DNA of 63,916 nucleotides, filler included, from an uncultured Methanoregulaceae archaeon (lineage in GTDB: Archaea; Halobacteriota; Methanomicrobia; Methanomicrobiales; Methanospirillaceae): assembly GCA_964530035.1 (NCBI GenBank). It is 6 parts of 6 records of this genome, joined end to end, with 100 filler letters (N's around TTAATTAATTAA, not from the genome) between each part and the next. Parts side by side here need not be neighbours in the genome. Positions count along the whole stretch, not along the records: positions 54,360 to 63,916 come from CAZGXZ010000095.1; 5 more parts are not named here. The stretch is one strand, 5' to 3'. Below the pieces are notes generated by a model that was not told the origin of the DNA, made no database searches, and was given only the letters and a program-made list of their open reading frames with translations. Made by a program: the position numbers and the translations under genes. Positions 59,360 through 63,916 of this stretch are shown here, one piece after another; within the stretch, counting starts at the first letter, position 1; every line of letters starts with the position of its first letter.

Positions 59360-60316
59360 TTATAATTCCTGCCTGCCTGCTGATTCCTTCAGGTACGGAC
59401 CGATATCTTCCGGGAGGGTAAGGATTACCGGCTCACGGTGTATCCTCTCCATGAAGGCGGAATCGCTTGTCGATGACCTGTTCGGGTTGATCCTTGAGAT
59501 CACGGAACAAAATGCATTAAAAGAAGGGCTGGATGGTTTTTTATCGAAGAACAAGGACATGTTGAAGGCGTGAGTGCCGAGTTCCCGGTAGAGACGGATG
59601 ATACGGAGAAGCCCGGAAACAAACACCTCTGCGTAGGGCCCGAACTCTGATGGATGCGATACCGGCAGGATAGCCCTGACCTCCCTCTCACCGAGCGGTA
59701 CTGGCTGGGCATACCAGAACACCTCCTCGCCAAAGAGATGACGGGATGAGGACTGTTCCCACTGTTTTATGCAGTCTGCATACTTCCGCCCTTGACGACG
59801 GTAATACTTCTCGGCTCCTGACAGATAAACTCCCGGAACGAAGGATGGCCGGTCATCACACAGTGCCTGGAGGTGGGGATGTACGAGGCTTGCCCCCGCA
59901 GACGGGAGATAATTCCAGTTCAGGCTGGAATAACCTTGCCTGTCTGAAAGAAGGTCTGTAGCCGCAAGGACTGCATCGGTGACCTGGGACCTTGAAAACG
60001 TGGCAGGAACGTGGTCGTGAGTGATGACCGTAACCGTATGCCACCTGGCAAAGGGGTAGAGGTTGGGAAACGTCACGCTCTCTCCGCGGGTGACACGGTT
60101 CCCATCCGGAAACACCGGGGTCTCTTGAAACACGGAATCCCTGCAGAACGGACATTTTTCGCTGGAAGGAAGGTCGAACTCGGGGTGATCGATACACCGA
60201 TTCAGCCTCGCGGGACTGATCCGGCAGGAAAAACCGGAGATTGCTTCCTGCCTGTACTCAAGAACGCCCCCCTCCCGAGGCATCATCTGGGATGAAAAGT
60301 AGGGCGTGAGGACCAT
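59360..60316 (-). CDS. Galactose-1-phosphate uridylyltransferase-like (HIT superfamily)
   Basis: CPFC, FPNLYPF, AGASLVHPHLQ. Confidence 0.85.
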   Translation of the reverse strand: MVLTPYFSSQMMPREGGVLEYRQEAISGFSCRISPARLNRCIDHPEFDLPSSEKCPFCRDSVFQETPVFPDGNRVTRGESVTFPNLYPFARWHTVTVITHDHVPATFSRSQVTDAVLAATDLLSDRQGYSSLNWNYLPSAGASLVHPHLQALCDDRPSFVPGVYLSGAEKYYRRQGRKYADCIKQWEQSSSRHLFGEEVFWYAQPVPLGEREVRAILPVSHPSEFGPYAEVFVSGLLRIIRLYRELGTHAFNMSLFFDKKPSSPSFNAFCSVISRINPNRSSTSDSAFMERIHREPVILTLPEDIGPYLKESAGRQEL

Positions 60317-60364
60317 ACAGTACAGTACTTGGGATCGATAAAAAAGGGATACGGTTTTCCCGGT

Positions 60365-61351
60365 TTAAACGATGTATTTACCGAGCAGCCTGATGGAGTT
60401 GGTCATGTCGGGACCGAGCGGGGAGCCGAAGATGATCTGGGTGACTCCTGCCTTCATCAGGTCTTCACACTTCTGCTTGACACTGTCAGGTGTTCCTGCG
60501 ATGGTAAATGCATCGATTTCCTTGTCACCGACAAGGTCACCAACCGACTTGAAGTCGAACTTGGCAAGGGCGTCCTTGATCTTTGCGACGTTGCCGAGGT
60601 CAAGGCCGTGCCGCTGGAGGAGCTCGGGTGGAGAACCTGCTGCAATGAATGCTGCAACGATCTTGGCTGCATTCCGGGCTTTCTTCTCGTTCATGTCGAT
60701 GGACATGGCGGTGTAGGCACCGACATCGAAGCCTTTCTTTCCGACCTTGTCGCACGCGGCCTTGATGATCGGGATGGCCACGGCAAAGTCCTTGGGGTTC
60801 GATGCATTGATGAGTGCTCCGTCTCCGACAGTCCCGGCGAGCTCAAGGACCTTCGGCCCCTGTGCACCGATGTAGATCGGGATGCCCTTCTTGCCCGGGA
60901 GGGTTACACCGGTCAGCTTTGCGCCATCATAGTCAAAGAACTGCATCCCTGACTTGCTGACCTGTTCACCAGCACATAACTTCCGGATCTGGGCGACTGC
61001 CTCCTGAAGGCGTGCCACGGGCTTCTCTGGCGTAATGGCAAGTTTCGGGAGGGTCGAGAGGTCACCCGGACCGATACCAAGGACTGCACGCCCGTCTGAG
61101 ATCTCGTTTAAGGTACAGGCGAAGGAGGCCATTGCCGCCGGAGTGTCGGTAAAGGCGTTCATGATACCCGGACCCATCTTGAGGCTGGTTGTTGCCTGGG
61201 CAATTGCAGCGAGGGTGGGGTAGCAGTGGCGGTTGTTGTAGTGGTTTGTAATCCACGCGAAATCGATATCCTTTGACTCCGCAAGCTTGCAGTAGTTAAC
61301 GACCTGCTTGACGTTTACGTTTCCTGGGACGAACTCTATTCCATAACTCAA
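60365..61351 (-). CDS. mer: 5,10-methylene-H4MPT reductase
   Basis: YGIEFVP, WIT.HYNNR, LGIGPGD, YIGAQGP, LINASNPKDF, FGSPLGP; TTG start. Confidence 0.97.
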   Translation of the reverse strand: MSYGIEFVPGNVNVKQVVNYCKLAESKDIDFAWITNHYNNRHCYPTLAAIAQATTSLKMGPGIMNAFTDTPAAMASFACTLNEISDGRAVLGIGPGDLSTLPKLAITPEKPVARLQEAVAQIRKLCAGEQVSKSGMQFFDYDGAKLTGVTLPGKKGIPIYIGAQGPKVLELAGTVGDGALINASNPKDFAVAIPIIKAACDKVGKKGFDVGAYTAMSIDMNEKKARNAAKIVAAFIAAGSPPELLQRHGLDLGNVAKIKDALAKFDFKSVGDLVGDKEIDAFTIAGTPDSVKQKCEDLMKAGVTQIIFGSPLGPDMTNSIRLLGKYIV

Positions 61352-61694
61352 GGCTCGTTCACCTCATGGAGTAGTACTGTCCAAATCGTTAAATACATTA
61401 TCATTTATTGTCGCCACAATCACTGATTGTAATGGTCCCTGTGAAAAAACAGCCATGAATACACCGTTTTTCATACAGCTGCCCGGCAAAAACACAGAAG
61501 ACGCAGTGAGCATTTCACGTATAGGGGATATTCATCTGAAATAAGGCTGGTTACCGTGCTGTTTGAGGGGAGGGTGGGGAGGGTTGGGGAAGAAACGCGA
61601 ATGTAATGAGAGAGCATTTATTCATTCTCATCGTACCATAACCTGCAGTTAAACTGGTGTTGGGTCAGAAAAAACTCCGCATTATCGATGATTT

Positions 61695-63062
61695 ATGAAA
61701 ATTCTTGCTATTGGCCTGGGTTCGGCTGGATGCAGGTTAGTGGACTCTCTGCTCCTGCATGACATGAAGAGTGGGACGGCCAGGTGCGTCGATGGTGTTG
61801 CAGTTGACCGCAATGAAAAGACCCTCACGGCATTGAAACATGTCCCAGACCGCCTGAAGATTTTTTTCAGTCCGTTAGACCCGGATAAAAAAACAGACCT
61901 CTCGAGAAGCATCACGTCCGACGAGATAGTCGCCAAGGTCCTCACTCTTGACAGGGGTGAGCTTGACGCGGTCCTCATCGTATCGGGGCTGGGAGGGGGC
62001 ATGGTGGACCTTGTCCCCGCCCTGGCCAGGGAAATCCGCAAATCAATGCAGGAACGTGTCTTTGCCCTCGTCACCCTCCCCAGGACCGCTGAAGGCGATG
62101 CAGTCCTTTCCAAGGCGGCATCTGATCTTGAAATGCTGTCAGGCGTCGTCGATGGAATTATCCTGTTCGACAATGACCGGCTGTGCGGAAGGGTCCAGGT
62201 ATCGCCAGTTGGAAACGGAAGACCCGACCAGCCACGAAAAACCCGAAAGAAGCGACAGGACAGGGAACTACCACGAGAGAACCCATGGCTGCCTGTGAAC
62301 CAGCATATCTCCCGTCGTTTTGGACTCCTGCTCCGTGCCGGTGAGATCACCGAAGAAGGTCCGCAGGAATCAGCCGAAGTGGTCCTTGATGCCGGAGAGA
62401 TCCTCCGGACAATCAGCGGAATGGGCCTTATAACAATAGGGTATGCTGCTGAAGAAATACCTGAAGAGCCTGGCGGCCTGTTGAGGTTCTTCCGAAAGGG
62501 AGGCAATACTGCTGTTACAAGGCAGAGGAAGGCCGAACGAGTTGTTGAACTTGCCAGAAAAGCCCTCAACGAGGAAATGTCGGTGGCCTGCGACCTTGCC
62601 GCGGCTCAAAAAGCCCTGGTCCTTATCCTGGGTCCGTCCCACGAACTGTCCATGAAAGGTTTCATGGCGGTACGAAAATGGATAGACCAGGGGATCTCCG
62701 GCCCCGAGATGCGTTCCGGGGATTATCCCGTCGAAAACACACGTTATGTCGGCATTATAATCGTCCTTTCAGGGTTACGCACGGTCCCCCGCATTGACGA
62801 ACTCGAAAAGATCAGAAAAGAGCTGCGGCGGAATACAGCTCCGTCCGACCTGTCCACGGGGATCATCCCTGAAGAAACCCCGGATCATGAAAAACCAAAG
62901 GCCCAAGAAATGCGAAGGATAACCCTCGGCGTTGTGAGTGAACGGGTAGACCCGGCCGTTATCAGACGGTCAGTTGAGCAGCCGGCCACGGGGGTGCCGG
63001 ACATTGAACCAGGCCCGGCACAACAACCGTCTTTTCCGGAAGAACCTGAAAAAAATCACTGA
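61695..63062 (+). CDS. Divergent tubulin/FtsZ-family (CetZ-like) protein
   Basis: MKILAIGLGSAGCR, ILFDND, VVLDAGEI, TIGYA, MRSGDYP; T4 loop reduced to GLGGG-MVD. Confidence 0.85.
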   Translation: MKILAIGLGSAGCRLVDSLLLHDMKSGTARCVDGVAVDRNEKTLTALKHVPDRLKIFFSPLDPDKKTDLSRSITSDEIVAKVLTLDRGELDAVLIVSGLGGGMVDLVPALAREIRKSMQERVFALVTLPRTAEGDAVLSKAASDLEMLSGVVDGIILFDNDRLCGRVQVSPVGNGRPDQPRKTRKKRQDRELPRENPWLPVNQHISRRFGLLLRAGEITEEGPQESAEVVLDAGEILRTISGMGLITIGYAAEEIPEEPGGLLRFFRKGGNTAVTRQRKAERVVELARKALNEEMSVACDLAAAQKALVLILGPSHELSMKGFMAVRKWIDQGISGPEMRSGDYPVENTRYVGIIIVLSGLRTVPRIDELEKIRKELRRNTAPSDLSTGIIPEETPDHEKPKAQEMRRITLGVVSERVDPAVIRRSVEQPATGVPDIEPGPAQQPSFPEEPEKNH

Positions 63063-63916
63063 TTCGAGATTATTTTAGAGAGGGCAATATTTCCTGCACC
63101 TATCTCGGTCCTCATCGAGAAGCCCTTTTCAACGGCGTGGCCGATATAATTCATCCCGGAGAGCGCAATTATCGATAACTGGTAGGGATCGTTCCGCAGG
63201 TTGTAGATACCATTCCCCATGGCGAGCGGGTATACAAACCCGCAACCCCTCATCCTGTCAATTATTTCCTCAACGCGCTCCTTCGCACGAAGTGGCACTT
63301 CCCTGACATTTGCCAGAAGGATACCTGAGCCGGTAGAGAGATAATCTCCTATCCCGGTCAGTTCAGAGGAAATAAACAGCTGCAACGGGTCGACCGTCGT
63401 CCCCCGGTAACCTATGAGGTCTCCAAACTCAGTGGGATTCCTGTCTTTCATGATGATGCGGCCCCCGTATGCCATTTTAACNNNNNNNNNNCTGGAAAAC
63501 CCCGTCCATGGTGATGCTGCAGACTGTCATGATGCCCTTGTGGTCCGGGGGGAGGCGGGGGTCACGTTCAACCACACGGTACGAGTTGAAAAATCCACAG
63601 CCACTCTCTTTTACCGTCTCAAATGCTTCGATTACCCCTTCTATCTGGTCTCCGGGAACTATCGAAAGGTTGTAACTGACATCCCCGGTACCGGTGTCAG
63701 GATCAAATGTTGTACGGAAGGCAAGTCGCTCGAGCTTCGATATGATGAATCCAATGCGCTCATCAACAAGCGCATGCTCTGTTTCGGCGATTCCTGCCCG
63801 AGTAAGGACCCTGCCGAAATTGCCCACCTTCTCTGTGAACCCCATTTCGTCAAGGTACCGCAGGTAGTACTGGACTGCCCGGTCGGTCATGACATATCCC
63901 CGTTCAGCCATGATCT
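63056..63916 (-). CDS. nrpR: NrpR-family nitrogen regulator (wHTH + NRD/DUF128 domain), 5' end cut by window, 10-N gap
   Basis: RAVQYYLRYLDEMG.T.KVG..GRVLT..G..E; TVCSITMDG; YRGTTVDPL; G.ILAN.REVP. Confidence 0.85.

Overview
Draft-genome window from a hydrogenotrophic methanogen, most consistent with Methanomicrobiales (mtd, mer, tfx, nrpR, archaeal r-proteins, alpha2-type endA, archaeal MAT). It is not continuous DNA. Six scaffolds of about 10.6-10.9 kb (the last cut by the window end) are joined by artificial N44-TTAATTAATTAA-N44 linkers at 10891-10990, 21813-21912, 32733-32832, 43553-43652 and 54260-54359, so adjacency across those points means nothing. Scaffold 1 has rps19e/rnp4/purN/CNNM, xseAB and a two-gene surface-protein operon. 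Scaffold 2 is accessory DNA: a decayed IS481, decayed toxin-antitoxin modules, a PsbP-like protein with an exact duplication, trm1, a HK-RR pair and non-coding repeats. Scaffold 3 has nifB, two paralogous histidine kinases, a split ABC-2 exporter and Fe-SOD. Scaffold 4 has trpS, endA, trpEGDC-BA without trpF, nfo and a leuB/aksF-family gene. Scaffold 5 has the ACS beta-delta-gamma genes, Grx/FTR, carbonic anhydrase, mat and hisGAB. Scaffold 6 has the L3-L4-L23-L2-S19 operon, tfx, mtd, mer, a CetZ-like gene and nrpR. Best leads: (1) a large Pro/Thr-stalked surface protein with a domain resembling Bacillus TapA plus two duplicated Cys-rich domains; (2) a ~480-nt densely structured non-coding leader before rpl3; (3) a 26-codon ORF with ATGA overlaps at both ends sitting where trpF should be; (4) a bacterial-architecture acetyl-CoA synthase with no CODH gene upstream. 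All family assignments are by eye, with no database searches run.
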